From Candidatus Thorarchaeota archaeon (lineage in GTDB: Archaea; Asgardarchaeota; Thorarchaeia; Thorarchaeales; Thorarchaeaceae), in assembly GCA_046482545.1 (NCBI GenBank), contig JAWOEX010000021.1, positions 64,001 through 128,000 of the forward strand: DNA of 64,000 nt, read 5' to 3'. Below the pieces are notes generated by a model that saw only the letters and a program-made list of their open reading frames with translations, did no database searches and had not been told where the DNA came from. Numbering within the stretch: the stretch's first letter is position 1; every line of letters begins with the position of its first letter. Positions 17,230-28,800 of the stretch are shown here, one piece after another. The translations under genes were made by a program, and so were the position numbers.

Positions 17230-18144
17230 CTACATGCCAATCTTGAATACCAGCGCATCACGCAATACCCGCTGAAACATGCGAACTAGGTTTTTGCCTT
17301 CAGTGGCAATCGTCTCAAAGACCGGAAAGCCCTCTAAATCAAGCATTTGTACTAGATAGTCAGGAGGGAGAGCATTAGGAAGATCCCGTTTATTGAGAGA
17401 AACAATGATGGGCATCGTGCTTACACGATCGGTACCTAGAGCTATTCTCAATTCTTCAATAGAAGCAAGATTCTCATTCATGGACTCGGGTCTGGAATCA
17501 GCCATGAATATAATACCATCGGCATCTTTCAGTACACTGATTCTGCTCCTAGCATGCCTTCTCTGACCTGCTACGGTAAAGACATCAAATACAATATTGC
17601 TACCTCTTGCAGCAATCGGAAGAAAATCAAAGAAAGTCGTCCTGCCGAGATCATCAGATATCTCGACCATTTTACGCTGACTCAAAGAGGGAATATTAGC
17701 AAACAACCATCGTAGAGCTGTTGTTTTACCAGAGAGAGACGGGCCATAGAATACAATCTTGATGTGGATTCTGCCCTCTTCGTCCCTCTTCAGAAGCCTG
17801 CCGGGGACAATCTCTTCAGGAGTATGAGGCTTGATTTTCGCTTCTTCTGCTAGTTGTTGTGTCTTCTCTGTGTCTATCTGCAATGTTTCTGCCCTTGCAG
17901 AAACCGTGCCAGTTGGGGAAACGGGCAAGTCTATAGCCGATAGCGGCTGCTCAGAAGGACTTGTGGATGCCGCGTCAAAGGAGGTTTCCTCGTATTCATT
18001 TCGCTTCTCAACAGTCTCCTCTGATTTACTTTCCTTTCCGACCGCTCTCTTAAGGCGGTCTACTATCCTCCTGAATAGAGACAACTGCTTGCAACCTCCA
18101 TTGGCTTGAACTGCCTGCTCCATTATCCGCGAATGTATAGGCAA
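17230..18144 (-). CDS. MglA-like small GTPase with N-terminal low-complexity extension
   Basis: KIVFYGPSLSGKTT, RTTFFDFLP, TVAGQ (MglA-type G3), DGIIFMADS, NKRDLPNA. Confidence 0.85.
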   Translation of the reverse strand: MPIHSRIMEQAVQANGGCKQLSLFRRIVDRLKRAVGKESKSEETVEKRNEYEETSFDAASTSPSEQPLSAIDLPVSPTGTVSARAETLQIDTEKTQQLAEEAKIKPHTPEEIVPGRLLKRDEEGRIHIKIVFYGPSLSGKTTALRWLFANIPSLSQRKMVEISDDLGRTTFFDFLPIAARGSNIVFDVFTVAGQRRHARSRISVLKDADGIIFMADSRPESMNENLASIEELRIALGTDRVSTMPIIVSLNKRDLPNALPPDYLVQMLDLEGFPVFETIATEGKNLVRMFQRVLRDALVFKIGM

Positions 18145-18248
18145 TAGGGTGATATGGCGAGACTTAAACTTTAGGTGGGTTTGTTTGACTTAAGCATTAG
18201 GTGGACAAATTTATCAAAGAAGCATGTTCTTCCGTTTTTTGAACCGCT

Positions 18249-19373
18249 ATGTCATCTTCAATTGGTCAGGACTTCATTGATAACCAATTTCCAACGCTTA
18301 CTTCTATGACGTACCTAAATAATGCATCAGTGGGTATACCTCCTGCAAGGATGAGCTCTGCGATTCAGAAATACCTAGAAGACAGAGCCGTAGTACGCAG
18401 GGATTTTGAAGATACCCTAGCTCTGTTCAAGGATGTGCGAAACAAGCTCGCCCGTTTGTTAGGGGGTAAGCGAAATCAGTATGGTCTTGTTCCAAGCACT
18501 AGTGCGGGATTGAATGCGATAGCACACAGTATCGCATATCCAGCCGGCTCTAATGTGGTGATATGCGACCTTGAGTTTCCTGCGAACTACATTCCATGGC
18601 AAAATGTGAAACAGGCCCATGGTGCTGAATTAAGGGTAGTTGAATCTGCTGATGGAGCAGTACCAACAGAACAGTTTGCTAAAGCAGTTGATGAGAATAC
18701 GAGAGTACTAGCGGTCAGCCTAGTACAGTTTGGTACCGGCTACAAATCAAATCTAGAAGAACTAGGGAAGATAATTCATGCGGTTGGTGGCTACTTGGTG
18801 GTTGATATCATTCAGGCAGCTGGCTGTTTAGATATTGATCTCGTACATTCCAATGTGGATTTCGCTGCTGGACAGAGTGCCAAGTGGCTTATAGGCCCTA
18901 TCGGAGCGGGCTATGTTTATGCTGATGAATCTGTTGTGGAAGAGGTACAGCCAATTACCGCTGGCTGGTGGGGTGTTGAAGACTTAGTAGACTTTACGTA
19001 CCGTGAACGCAAACCATTACCCGATGCAAGGCGTTTCCAAGGAGGTTCCTTAGCAATGATGGGATATGTTGGATTCAGAGAATCTCTTGATGTTCTGCTG
19101 GAACTCAATGCGAAAGCTCGAGAGCAGGCAGCACTGGACTGTGCAGACTACCTCAGAAAAAGACTCAGAGAGGAAGAAATCGACTATTACGGATTCGATG
19201 AAGAAAATAGGTCGGCGATTGTTTCATGTACACCTGAAAATCCCGAGATCCTGAATGAGAAACTGAATGAGCATAGAGTATACTGCTCAGTACGAAATGG
19301 CAGACTCAGAGTTTCGCCACATTTCTATAACACGAGACATGATATAGACACGCTGATGCGATACGTTGTGTGA
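18249..19373 (+). CDS. Aminotransferase class V PLP-dependent enzyme
   Basis: YLNNAS, DLEFPAN, DIIQAAG, SAKWLIGP (PLP lysine), LRVSPHFYN. Confidence 0.9.
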   Translation: MSSSIGQDFIDNQFPTLTSMTYLNNASVGIPPARMSSAIQKYLEDRAVVRRDFEDTLALFKDVRNKLARLLGGKRNQYGLVPSTSAGLNAIAHSIAYPAGSNVVICDLEFPANYIPWQNVKQAHGAELRVVESADGAVPTEQFAKAVDENTRVLAVSLVQFGTGYKSNLEELGKIIHAVGGYLVVDIIQAAGCLDIDLVHSNVDFAAGQSAKWLIGPIGAGYVYADESVVEEVQPITAGWWGVEDLVDFTYRERKPLPDARRFQGGSLAMMGYVGFRESLDVLLELNAKAREQAALDCADYLRKRLREEEIDYYGFDEENRSAIVSCTPENPEILNEKLNEHRVYCSVRNGRLRVSPHFYNTRHDIDTLMRYVV

Positions 19374-20058
19374 AACCATGTTTGAAGAAATAAATAACAG
19401 CATTCATTTTAGACAAAGTAAATCATTCGACAGTAACATCATCTGGATAGATGGTGGCGAGCGCCAAGCGTTGGTCGATACAGGCACAGGTATGTATCAC
19501 GAGAGTCTACTAAAAGACCTCAAGAAAATTGGTTCATCTGAGCATGAAATTACAGACATCATTTTTACACACAGCCATATCGACCACATTGGAGGTGTTG
19601 TCCCCCTCCTTTCTAGCAATGATTATAGGATGTATTTGCACCGCTCAGAAGGAAAAAGAATCAATTCTGGAAACATGGAACTGACTCTCAGTGACACGTT
19701 CGGGGTGGATCTTCCTCAGTTCAAAATAGGCATACTACTTGATGATCAAGACATAATCGATATTGGCGATGTTAGTCTTAAGGTGCATCATACTCCTGGC
19801 CACTCCTGTGGTTGCATCTGTCTGGAGGTGTTAGGTGAAAACATCATGCTTACAGGAGACACAATGTTCCCAAGCGGAAGCTTTGGTCGAGTTGATTTTC
19901 CAACGGGTGACCCCAGAAAACTAGTGAAATCTCTCAAGAAGCTTAGCGAGATGGAATTCGGAATCGCCCTTCCAGGACACATGCATGCTGTTAGACACGA
20001 TGCCAAAAATGCAGCTCAGCAATCCTACCGGATGGCAAAACGCATGTTCCGGATTTAG
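19366..20058 (+). CDS. MBL-fold metallo-hydrolase
   Basis: VDTG, THSHIDHIGG, TPGHS, TGD, PGH. Confidence 0.92.
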   Translation: MCETMFEEINNSIHFRQSKSFDSNIIWIDGGERQALVDTGTGMYHESLLKDLKKIGSSEHEITDIIFTHSHIDHIGGVVPLLSSNDYRMYLHRSEGKRINSGNMELTLSDTFGVDLPQFKIGILLDDQDIIDIGDVSLKVHHTPGHSCGCICLEVLGENIMLTGDTMFPSGSFGRVDFPTGDPRKLVKSLKKLSEMEFGIALPGHMHAVRHDAKNAAQQSYRMAKRMFRI

Positions 20059-21056
20059 CCCCTAGAAGCTAGGTCAACAAGTCTCTCTGGACGAATTACA
20101 GGCAGCTTCTTTGAATTACTGTCCTCGGCTTGTCGTCTTCTCTCCAAAGCTCTGACTAAGGCTAGTACACTTTTGCTGTAAGGAGTCTCCAATCCCAATC
20201 CCTCTGCTTTGCGGACTATCTCACCCGTGATGAAATCAATCTCCGTTTTTTGTCCTTTCATGATATCCTGTAGCATTGAATTGATGTTGTCAGCAGTAGC
20301 TTTGGCCGTACCAAGGGTATACCTGACTGGGTCGTCTGCATCGAGAGCAATATCGAGTTTTTCGGCTACTTTCGCCGCTTCTTCAACCAAGTTGATGACC
20401 AATCCTCGAAGTTCTCTATCTTTATACACTTCACCATTAGTTAAACCAGTCAGCGCACCAACAGGATTGATCCCACAATTGACTATGGTCTTCGTCCAAA
20501 CTACGGCCTCTATGTCATCAGAACTAGAAGCCTCGAAAGAGGCATCCTGAAGCAGCTTGACTACTTCATCCACTATTTCAGAATTCTCTTCATAATGTGA
20601 GCCAATCTCGGTTATGCCAGTTCCTGTGATTGTCACTTCACCCTTTCCAGTCATCATGGCGCCCATACAAGAGGTGGCACGTAACACTTTTCGGGTGTTC
20701 AATTCCTCAGCAACCAGTTCTTCGGTTCCGATTCCATTCTGAAGGCAGATGAAGTATGTGTTCCCGTCAGCAAGATGCTTCAGTTCTCGGGCAGCTTCCT
20801 GAGTATCATATGACTTCGTGGTTATGAAAACTAAATCCGCATTCTCGATTTCAGTTGGATCTGATGTCGCTTCTATATCAACGGAGTGCTTGCCCAACAC
20901 ACCTTTGATACGAAGCCCGCGTTCCTTGATTGCCTGAACGTGTCGGGGACGAGCAACAAGTGTAACCGAAGCCATCCCAGCAAGCTGGATAAGACCTCCA
21001 TAGAGCGAGCCAAGTGCTCCGGACCCCATAATTGTAACACGAAGATGGTCTTTCAT
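20055..21056 (-). CDS. panE: Ketopantoate reductase
   Basis: GSGALGSLYG, TKSYD, LQNGIG, WTKTIVNCGINP, SMLQDI..G.KTEID; in an operon with PoK/PPS. Confidence 0.93.
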   Translation of the reverse strand: MKDHLRVTIMGSGALGSLYGGLIQLAGMASVTLVARPRHVQAIKERGLRIKGVLGKHSVDIEATSDPTEIENADLVFITTKSYDTQEAARELKHLADGNTYFICLQNGIGTEELVAEELNTRKVLRATSCMGAMMTGKGEVTITGTGITEIGSHYEENSEIVDEVVKLLQDASFEASSSDDIEAVVWTKTIVNCGINPVGALTGLTNGEVYKDRELRGLVINLVEEAAKVAEKLDIALDADDPVRYTLGTAKATADNINSMLQDIMKGQKTEIDFITGEIVRKAEGLGLETPYSKSVLALVRALERRRQAEDSNSKKLPVIRPERLVDLASRG

Positions 21057-21868
21057 GTCAAGGCCTCCTGTTCATCGTTAATCTCTTCTATGATTCTCGT
21101 TTTCGCCATTTTCTTGAGGTGTTCCGTGATGCCTTCGATTGCTATTCTCAGGTTCTCCTTGTTATCAAAGTCATGGACGATTTTGGCAAGTTTCTGCATC
21201 CCATAAGATTTCATCGCTTTGGCCATATCAACCATGATGGGCATTGCTCGAACAATATTGTCAACGATGGTAATGTTCGAGTAAATTGCAGTTCTGCTCA
21301 TAGGATTGAGGTCTATCGTAATGACACGTTTTCCAATCCTTCTAAGCGCTTCGGTCCGATCGCCATCCTCGAGCGGAACAAGCACTGTATCCGCAATGGC
21401 AATGCCTTCCGAATCAACTTTCCGACGATTGCTGCTCAGCTCGGGTATCTTTTCGGATGGACGATCACATGTTCCCAATACTTCCTTTGCACCCGCATCA
21501 GTCAGAGCCTGCAGCATGGCTTCCTCCCGCTCCCTGCGATAGTAAAACAGATTGATTTCAAGAGGTGCTCCTGTTATTTCAGAAAGCTCGACAAGCTCGG
21601 AGGGAACCAAAGCACAAGCATTTCCGTTTACGCTTATGACAGGATGCTCTGAAAGATGAAGAGCAGCAACTGTGGCCTGTGCAGCATCCTTTGCTGAAGG
21701 GGTAGTCTTTTCGCCAATCAAATAGTCGAACGCCTCTCCACGACCATGGGCTAGTAGCCCTGCTGTTGCCACAATATTGTCTTCATGTCCCTCAATAATC
21801 TGTTCCCTGATATCGAGCGATACCTTTCGAGGATGATCATCCGGTACCACTATCTTCTCCACATTCAC
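21053..21868 (-). CDS. pps: Archaeal 4-phosphopantoate--beta-alanine ligase (phosphopantothenate synthetase)
   Basis: HPRKVSL, AHGRGEAFDYLIGE, SVNGN, VPLEDGDR, IDLNPMSRT. Confidence 0.95.
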   Translation of the reverse strand: MNVEKIVVPDDHPRKVSLDIREQIIEGHEDNIVATAGLLAHGRGEAFDYLIGEKTTPSAKDAAQATVAALHLSEHPVISVNGNACALVPSELVELSEITGAPLEINLFYYRREREEAMLQALTDAGAKEVLGTCDRPSEKIPELSSNRRKVDSEGIAIADTVLVPLEDGDRTEALRRIGKRVITIDLNPMSRTAIYSNITIVDNIVRAMPIMVDMAKAMKSYGMQKLAKIVHDFDNKENLRIAIEGITEHLKKMAKTRIIEEINDEQEALT

Positions 21869-22761
21869 TCTAGCCTACCTCCATGTGATGAAATCGAAGT
21901 AACAATGATATGTTCATCTGTCCAATGTTCCCGCAGAATACGTCTAGCCGTTCTCCAATTCTGTTCACATAGGCAGAATACAGAGTCTCCGAGCATAACC
22001 ATACCGCTCCGACCCAAACCAGCCGATTTCAAATCGGACAAAGCAGCCTGAACCCTCGGAGTCACGAGGCCAACAGCATCAGAAAATTGTTGAGAGCATG
22101 ATACAAACATGTCTACTGTAGGATCGGATATGATTTGCTTAACTAGCCGCTGCCCAGTTGCATTGATACGTTCTCGATGAGTAGAATCTGTAAGTATCTT
22201 TTCTGTTTCTAATCCAGAAGATCCTGCAAGAATAACATGGGTCCTCTCACGATATGGAATCGATTTAGTCTGTCCTATACCAGGAGCTCCTGGTTTCGTC
22301 CTAATTTCGAATCCACCAGCGGTCTGTGCAATGACATCTCCAAGACCAGTATGATGTTTGACTTCTGCAACATGAGCATATTTCGCCGCTGAGATGATGT
22401 CTTCAGATCCGAAAAGTATCTTCTGGACAGCAATGGCAGTGCCCAGAGCACCAGCCCCTGAAGCTCCAAAACCAGCACCGATTACTAATGGGGACTCATG
22501 TGTCACATTAACATCATGCTCGATACCTTTATCGGCCAACATAGAGCTCACAACTTCTTTCGATACGACTCCACTAATCGGTTCTCCATTGTACTTGATA
22601 CTCACACGAGAAGCAGTAGAATCCAAGAGATGGACAGTAGTCCTAATGCCAGACTCTACCGAGAAGCCAGCACCCATAGAACCACAATGGAGAGGATCAC
22701 TAGCATCATCTTGTATCACAAAGAACCCGGTCACATGTCCAGGAACAAAAGCTGTGGCCAT
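21865..22761 (-). CDS. pok: Pantoate kinase (GHMP family)
   Basis: FVPGHVTGFF, GSMGAG, GAGFGASGAG, AHVAEV..HTGLGDV, MVMLGDSVF. Confidence 0.93.
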   Translation of the reverse strand: MATAFVPGHVTGFFVIQDDASDPLHCGSMGAGFSVESGIRTTVHLLDSTASRVSIKYNGEPISGVVSKEVVSSMLADKGIEHDVNVTHESPLVIGAGFGASGAGALGTAIAVQKILFGSEDIISAAKYAHVAEVKHHTGLGDVIAQTAGGFEIRTKPGAPGIGQTKSIPYRERTHVILAGSSGLETEKILTDSTHRERINATGQRLVKQIISDPTVDMFVSCSQQFSDAVGLVTPRVQAALSDLKSAGLGRSGMVMLGDSVFCLCEQNWRTARRILREHWTDEHIIVTSISSHGGRLE

Positions 22762-22873
22762 GTTTGAATTCGATTGTTCTCGTGTCAATTTCGCTTTCAA
22801 GGCATCTTACGAGCTTGTCGTTATATAAATGACCATGCAATTATGCATAGTGTATATACAATATATACAACTT

Positions 22874-23683
22874 TCAGCCATCAAAAGGAACAAGACTGGT
22901 GTATTTCTTGACGCGCGGGTCATCAGAAGGTTCAGCTGGATAAGCCCACCGGGCGTCTATATCTCGCCCGCTCAAATCGTACACATCAAAGCTGCCAGAA
23001 GACCACGTGAGGGGGCTGAAACCAAGTAAAAGAGTCTGTGTACGCCAACTGCTAACAACCAAGTGATTGTGCATATTTGTAGTAGGGACAACTAGAAATG
23101 CGTTTGATAATTCCATGAGAAGGCTTGTACTTATGCGATAGAAGAAGCTGTAGATTCTTCGATGTTCATCACTGCCTCGACTCCGCAAATCATTCAGATA
23201 TCGATATATTGTCTCGTCATGGACCTGCGGATCCATAACATCAGACAGCTCTTCCACGTCAACTACAACAGTAGTCTCAAAATAGTACGCAAGTGGGAAC
23301 TCAGTTATATGAAAAAGCAAGAATTTATCCTCTGTAATCGTCCGGTAAAGGTGCTGGAAAATGGATTGCTTCGAATAGAGCATGCTGGCATCTAAGTCAG
23401 CAGGCTCAAAATTGCCTGCCTCATCAGAAACCGTTAGTCTGAACATATCGTCCAGCATATCACCGTCATAGCCGATTCTCACCAAATGATACGGCTCTTC
23501 TCCATTTTCCTGCATCATGTCTTGAGATATGAGCCATTTGTTGAAATCATGCTGGAATATATCTACTTCGTCATCATCGTCAACTACAAATAGGCTCTGG
23601 CTTGGACTACCAAAGGCTGACACCGTCTTTTCGTATGCTTGGTAGCGAGCTTTCTTCTCCGGTGGTTCAGGCATCGAGAGCAC
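22874..23683 (-). CDS. Hypothetical protein
   Basis: 269-aa ORF with an SD-like GGAGGG upstream; no recognisable motif. Confidence 0.6.
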   Translation of the reverse strand: MLSMPEPPEKKARYQAYEKTVSAFGSPSQSLFVVDDDDEVDIFQHDFNKWLISQDMMQENGEEPYHLVRIGYDGDMLDDMFRLTVSDEAGNFEPADLDASMLYSKQSIFQHLYRTITEDKFLLFHITEFPLAYYFETTVVVDVEELSDVMDPQVHDETIYRYLNDLRSRGSDEHRRIYSFFYRISTSLLMELSNAFLVVPTTNMHNHLVVSSWRTQTLLLGFSPLTWSSGSFDVYDLSGRDIDARWAYPAEPSDDPRVKKYTSLVPFDG

Positions 23684-24153
23684 CCCTCCGGAATATTAGA
23701 ACCGAGTCCAGCAAGTCTTTAGCACCCACCAATCAGACAGCACATTGTGCAGGTAGCACTGCAACGCCCCTGCTGCAATCAACCGATTCATTTGATTCAA
23801 TTGTAGATAACTTTTGGTCAGGTATTCCTTGCACCAGCGGTAACGTGTTGGTTCAGTCCGCCTCATATATTCTTTGCCTTGCAGGGGGTACTTTGTAGGG
23901 AGTCATACCAAGATATCGGAATGATTCATGCTTTTGCTCCTGATTGTCAGGATTCATGCTTTTAAATAATGAATTGACGGCTCATCTATTCTTCTCACAA
24001 CAATTCCGCCTACTTTTTCCACAGAGCCCTTACAGGGTGGACTTATTGTAGTTAAAATGTCGTTTTTACACTCAATTCGTATTCAAAGCCGGATTATTGT
24101 GTGCGGCGCTCAGTTTATCAGTAATGAATACCTTGAGGGGGTGTGTGCTGACC

Positions 24154-25392
24154 ATGAAACACACCTCCAAGTTGATTACAGGCAGCTACAGCGACTTACT
24201 AGTAGGTAAGAGAATAGCTCTTTGTGTAACAGGTAGTGTTGCAGCAGTTACGACAACGTCATTGGCCCGGTTATTGATGCGTCATGGAGCTGATGTCCAC
24301 TGTGTTATGACAGAGGCATCCAGACAAATCATCCACCCTTACTTGCTGGAATGGGCAACGGGTAACGAAGTAATTACCCACCTGACCGGGAAAATAGAGC
24401 ATGTGACTTTGGCTGGAAAACATCCGGATAGAGTAGACTTGGTCATCATCTCTCCATCCACAGCTAATACAATTGGCAAAGTAGCGAATGGCATAGATGA
24501 TACTCCAGTTACGACAACGGTTTCATCTGCAATCGGAGCAGGTATACCGACGCTAGTAGTTCCTGCAATGCATCAGTCGATGTATGACCATCCGGCAGTG
24601 GTAGAGAACATAGAGAAGCTGAGAGGTTGGGGGATAAGAGTTCTGGCTCCAAGACTTGAGGAGGGAAAAGCCAAGATTCCTACTACTGAGACCATACTGG
24701 AATACGCCCTTCAGATGGCTACTGCAAACGATATGGAAGGTCGGAAGTTTGTCATAACTGCCGGTCCAACGAGAGCATGGCTCGATGGTGTTCGGTTTCT
24801 TACCAACCCCTCCACCGGGAAAATGGGAATCGCTTTGGCTGATGAAGCCTGTTCACGTGGAGCAGATGTAGATTTGATTATTGGCCCCACAGCTGAACGT
24901 CCTCCTTCGCTCGTTAATGTGGTATCAGTTGAGACTCCCGAAGAGATGCTGGAAGCAGTAATGCAGTCACTTTCTGCTGAGAGAGCTGATGCGTTAATAT
25001 CAGCGGCTGCTGTTTTGGACTATCAACCCACGAAGAAGATAGAAGGAAAAATGAAATCCGAAGAAGAAGGGCGTCACATTGATCTTGTCGCCACTCCAAA
25101 AATAATCGAGGAGGTTCGAGAGAGATATAGCGACCTCTTGATTGTAGGATTCAAGGTAGAAGTGGATGTCGAAGAAAAGGAGTTGGAAAAAAGGGCACAA
25201 AAAAAGATTCAATCAGGGATATGCAATCTGGTAGTCGCCAATGATGCCGCAAAGAAAGGGGTCGCCTTCGGTACAGACACAAATCAAGTCATACTGGTTG
25301 GAGAAAGTGATTTTGTTCAGAAGACTCCGAAGAAGAGCAAGAGAGACGTCGCCCGAATCATCCTTGAGGAAGTCATCAGAAGAATTGAGTAG
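24154..25392 (+). CDS. coaBC: Bifunctional phosphopantothenoylcysteine decarboxylase/synthetase
   Basis: VTGSVAA, PSTANTIGKVANGIDD, PAMHQSMY, TAGPT...VRFLTNPSTGKMG, AAAVLDY, VGFKVE, VAND. Confidence 0.95.
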   Translation: MKHTSKLITGSYSDLLVGKRIALCVTGSVAAVTTTSLARLLMRHGADVHCVMTEASRQIIHPYLLEWATGNEVITHLTGKIEHVTLAGKHPDRVDLVIISPSTANTIGKVANGIDDTPVTTTVSSAIGAGIPTLVVPAMHQSMYDHPAVVENIEKLRGWGIRVLAPRLEEGKAKIPTTETILEYALQMATANDMEGRKFVITAGPTRAWLDGVRFLTNPSTGKMGIALADEACSRGADVDLIIGPTAERPPSLVNVVSVETPEEMLEAVMQSLSAERADALISAAAVLDYQPTKKIEGKMKSEEEGRHIDLVATPKIIEEVRERYSDLLIVGFKVEVDVEEKELEKRAQKKIQSGICNLVVANDAAKKGVAFGTDTNQVILVGESDFVQKTPKKSKRDVARIILEEVIRRIE

Positions 25393-25436
25393 GGATTCAA
25401 GTCTGTAGATATAGCTCATATACTAATTTACACATG

Positions 25437-25799
25437 CTACAATACGTCGGCAAGGCTTTCGGACATCCTTTCCATATCTACAAAGATTAGCCCTAATTGT
25501 GCATCAGCCCTAGCTAGAACAAGTAATAGAGCACTTTCACCCACTGATGTCATTAATGTGTAGCCTTTGTCACCTTTAACATAGATTTCCATCAGCTCTC
25601 CACGATTCAGTTCCCTTGTAGCTTTTTCACCTAGCGAAAGCATGGCAGCACTTATGGCAGCGACTCGTTCCTGTTCACTCTCTGGGAGCGCTGCAGATAT
25701 CATGAGACCATCAAGAGAAACTAGAGCAGCACCCTGAACACCCGGAGTGCTATCGAATTCGCGGATTGTCGAATTTATCTTATCAACGCGGCTTGACAA
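25437..25799 (-). CDS. Roadblock/LC7 (MglB-like) protein
   Basis: GVQGAALVSLDGLMISAALP...RVAAISAAMLSLGE...LGLIF. Confidence 0.93.
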   Translation of the reverse strand: MSSRVDKINSTIREFDSTPGVQGAALVSLDGLMISAALPESEQERVAAISAAMLSLGEKATRELNRGELMEIYVKGDKGYTLMTSVGESALLLVLARADAQLGLIFVDMERMSESLADVL

Positions 25800-25894
25800 T
25801 GTGGGTTACCTCTATTATATAACAGCGCTATGGGTAAAAGACTTCACGGTCTATAAAATCTTGCTATGATTAAAGAGAAACTAAGTTTTGTAGG

Positions 25895-28800
25895 CTATTC
25901 AACCCCAAAGAACTCTCTGATGTCGAACTCTTCGTCTTCTTCTTCCTGTTCTTTCTTGGTTTTCCGATTCTTTGGCGGGGAATATGTATCGCCACCGAGG
26001 TCTATAATCTTCTCTCCTTTCCGTCGTTTCCGATAAGACCAAGCACCCAATATGACCAAAGCGCCGATTCCAACAATGGTGACTGCCAGCCAAGGAGATG
26101 GACGAATATAGAGGTAATCGTTAAACTGAAGGGTAAGCGTATCATAACCGGTCTTTCTTGCATTCAAGATGAGGTCATAGTAGCCGGTTCTATTGGCAGT
26201 CCATTTCTCATCAAGAACAATCTCATAGGTCCCTGTACCCGCAGCTCTGGCTTCGACTTGGATAGAACCAATCCTTGCTTGAACTTCAGCATCTGAAACG
26301 GCATTACCATTCCTGTCCGTGATGAAGAAGGATATTGTGACACGGTCTCCCTCCCATATGATTTCCTGAGAAAGCCCTATTCTTGTGAGCATCAGAGACG
26401 GCTGCTGGTACCACAGTGCGGCATTCTCAAGGAAAGCACTCTTCGAATTCCCTGTAGGACTGAGAGTTGTAAGTGCTACCTTTCCAAATCCATCTACGCC
26501 AGCTAGGAGGACGGGGTAATTCTCAGTACCAGCTAGTACGGTTAAATTGGATTCATAGCTCGTAAAAGTACCTAGATGAGTAATATTTTCACCTAGAGAA
26601 TTGGGTGACGTAATGAGCGGGTGTTGCGGTTCTGCTAATGTGAACTGTGAACCTGCCAATCTATCAGAGAATGAGAAGCTCCACGGTAACCAAGTGGCAT
26701 TTCCATCGATTCCCATGATAATCAGAGATCCACCATAATATACGTAGTCAAGAATCTCATTGGTATACTGGGGCATCCAATCTGAGAACAACGCAAGCGA
26801 AGCTGGTTCTATCAGAACGGATCGTCGTAAATTAAGCAACCACATGAAATCTGAACTGTTGGATTCCGAATAGAACTCATGTTCAATTGCCAATTCGTTG
26901 AGAGTAGCAGGAATATAATTGGTATGACCAAGAACAGCAACAGAAGGAATGCCACGGCCGGGAGTGTGACCATCATAGTTTTCAGATGAGGGGTCGCTAG
27001 AGGCAATCCGTGGCGTTGAATCTGGTTCATAGAGATTGATGCCGGGGTCGCCAAACAAGATGTATTGATTGGCATAGTCCACAGGGTTGCCATTCAGGTG
27101 ATTGGAGTAATCCATAGAGACAGCATGAAGAGCAGACGTTAGAGCATTGCCGGTAGCACTGCCATTTGCTAGCGACTCGATGACAAGAGTTGATAACAAT
27201 CCGGCTGCTCTAAAATAAACTGTTCTGGGAGAGGCCATGACCCCTACTGCACCATGTTCCATCAGCGTTACGGGTAGTTTTGAGCCGCCGAGCAAACAAG
27301 CAGTGATAAACACAATAGGCGAGCCAATATTGTCAATCGCCCTTGACAATTCATCAGTTGTTCTCATAACATGGTGAGCTTTTTCAGATGGGAAAGCTAC
27401 AGGATTGACGAGTCGGTCGTTGTCCTCATCACTTTCGCGGTTCGATACGCTTTCTTCGAAACCATAGGGGCTGTCTGCATCTCGGAGTGAGAAATAACCA
27501 ACACCATTGGGTCGGGCTGGGGGGTCAGCCGGATATCTGGTGAGTGTTCCATGTGTACTAAGTGCCCATAGAGACACTTGGGATGCTATACTGTCAAAAA
27601 CCTCGTTCACACCAACGTGCATTCGTGTATTGAAACCCATATTTTCCAAAGGACTCTGAGTGTCCTCTACTTGGTAAATGTCATGAATATTGCCGAAATT
27701 GTCGGAATAGCTGGCCCCGTCTGTATACGCATATAGTGAGAGTAGTGTGTCATCGGAGGATTCAGCAGTGTGGAACAGGAAACGGTGTAGGATGGCTTTA
27801 GAAATCATGACTGAGGCTAGCTCAGCATTTCTTGCTGGTATTCTGCCAGGTGAGAAATGTGTTTGTAGTGACCTGTCAAAACTCGGTTTTATGAGATTGA
27901 TTGGTGAGATGATAACAGCTGACTGACCTACAGAAGAATTGTAGGCTCCTCGTTCATCCAAAAAGGATTCGAAAGTATCTACGTTTCGGCGCATTGTATA
28001 CATATTTGGTATCCGGTCGTCATACCAGCCATTTTCGGTTCTCGTCGAATACCGACTGGTAACATAGATTTCGATTTCAGGGCCAATTTTGTATGGCGCC
28101 CAAGTACTCTCGGCCATTGTCGTGACTGCGTTATCCTCTCCACAGAGTGAGAAAACAGGAGCACCATGAAATGCACCCGATAGAGCGGCCGCAGGATAGA
28201 ATTCATTACCCGTTCCTCGAGGAACTGTGGCAACAATATCGTTGTTCTTTGAAAGATTCTTAATACAGTCGCTAACCATAGGGTGGTTTTCCAGAACTGT
28301 CAAGATACCTGTTGACTCTAGCTGTGATTCGACTTCTGCTGAATGCACATCATACGGATCAACAAGAAAGACAACATCAGAGTCCAGTCTGTTTAAAGCG
28401 TTTAGAGTAACCGCTGGTACACTTTGCTCTTCGGTGTACAGCAGGGGCGCGTTCATGAGAGATGCCAGGACTGCAGCATTCGCAGCGCTTTCGAAATACA
28501 CATCTGGATTGGTTTGCAGTTTCTCTGTCTGCCAGTTTAGTTCGATATTGTTGGTTTCACCATTGGGATCCATCCAAGCACCGACAGCTTTCCAAGAACC
28601 AGCACGCGGATAGGGTATTTCAATGGAATTGAGGCCTGCTCCCGAAAGAAGACTCCCAGCAGGTGCCCATTGAACCATTCTCCCCGATGGGTCCATCAAT
28701 GCAAGATTGATGTTGGTCCCTGCATTATCCCAGTCAGCTGTCAGATTGAGCCACTTGGTATTCGGAGGTACGGTAATTTCTTGTGAAAATCCGGGGTAAT

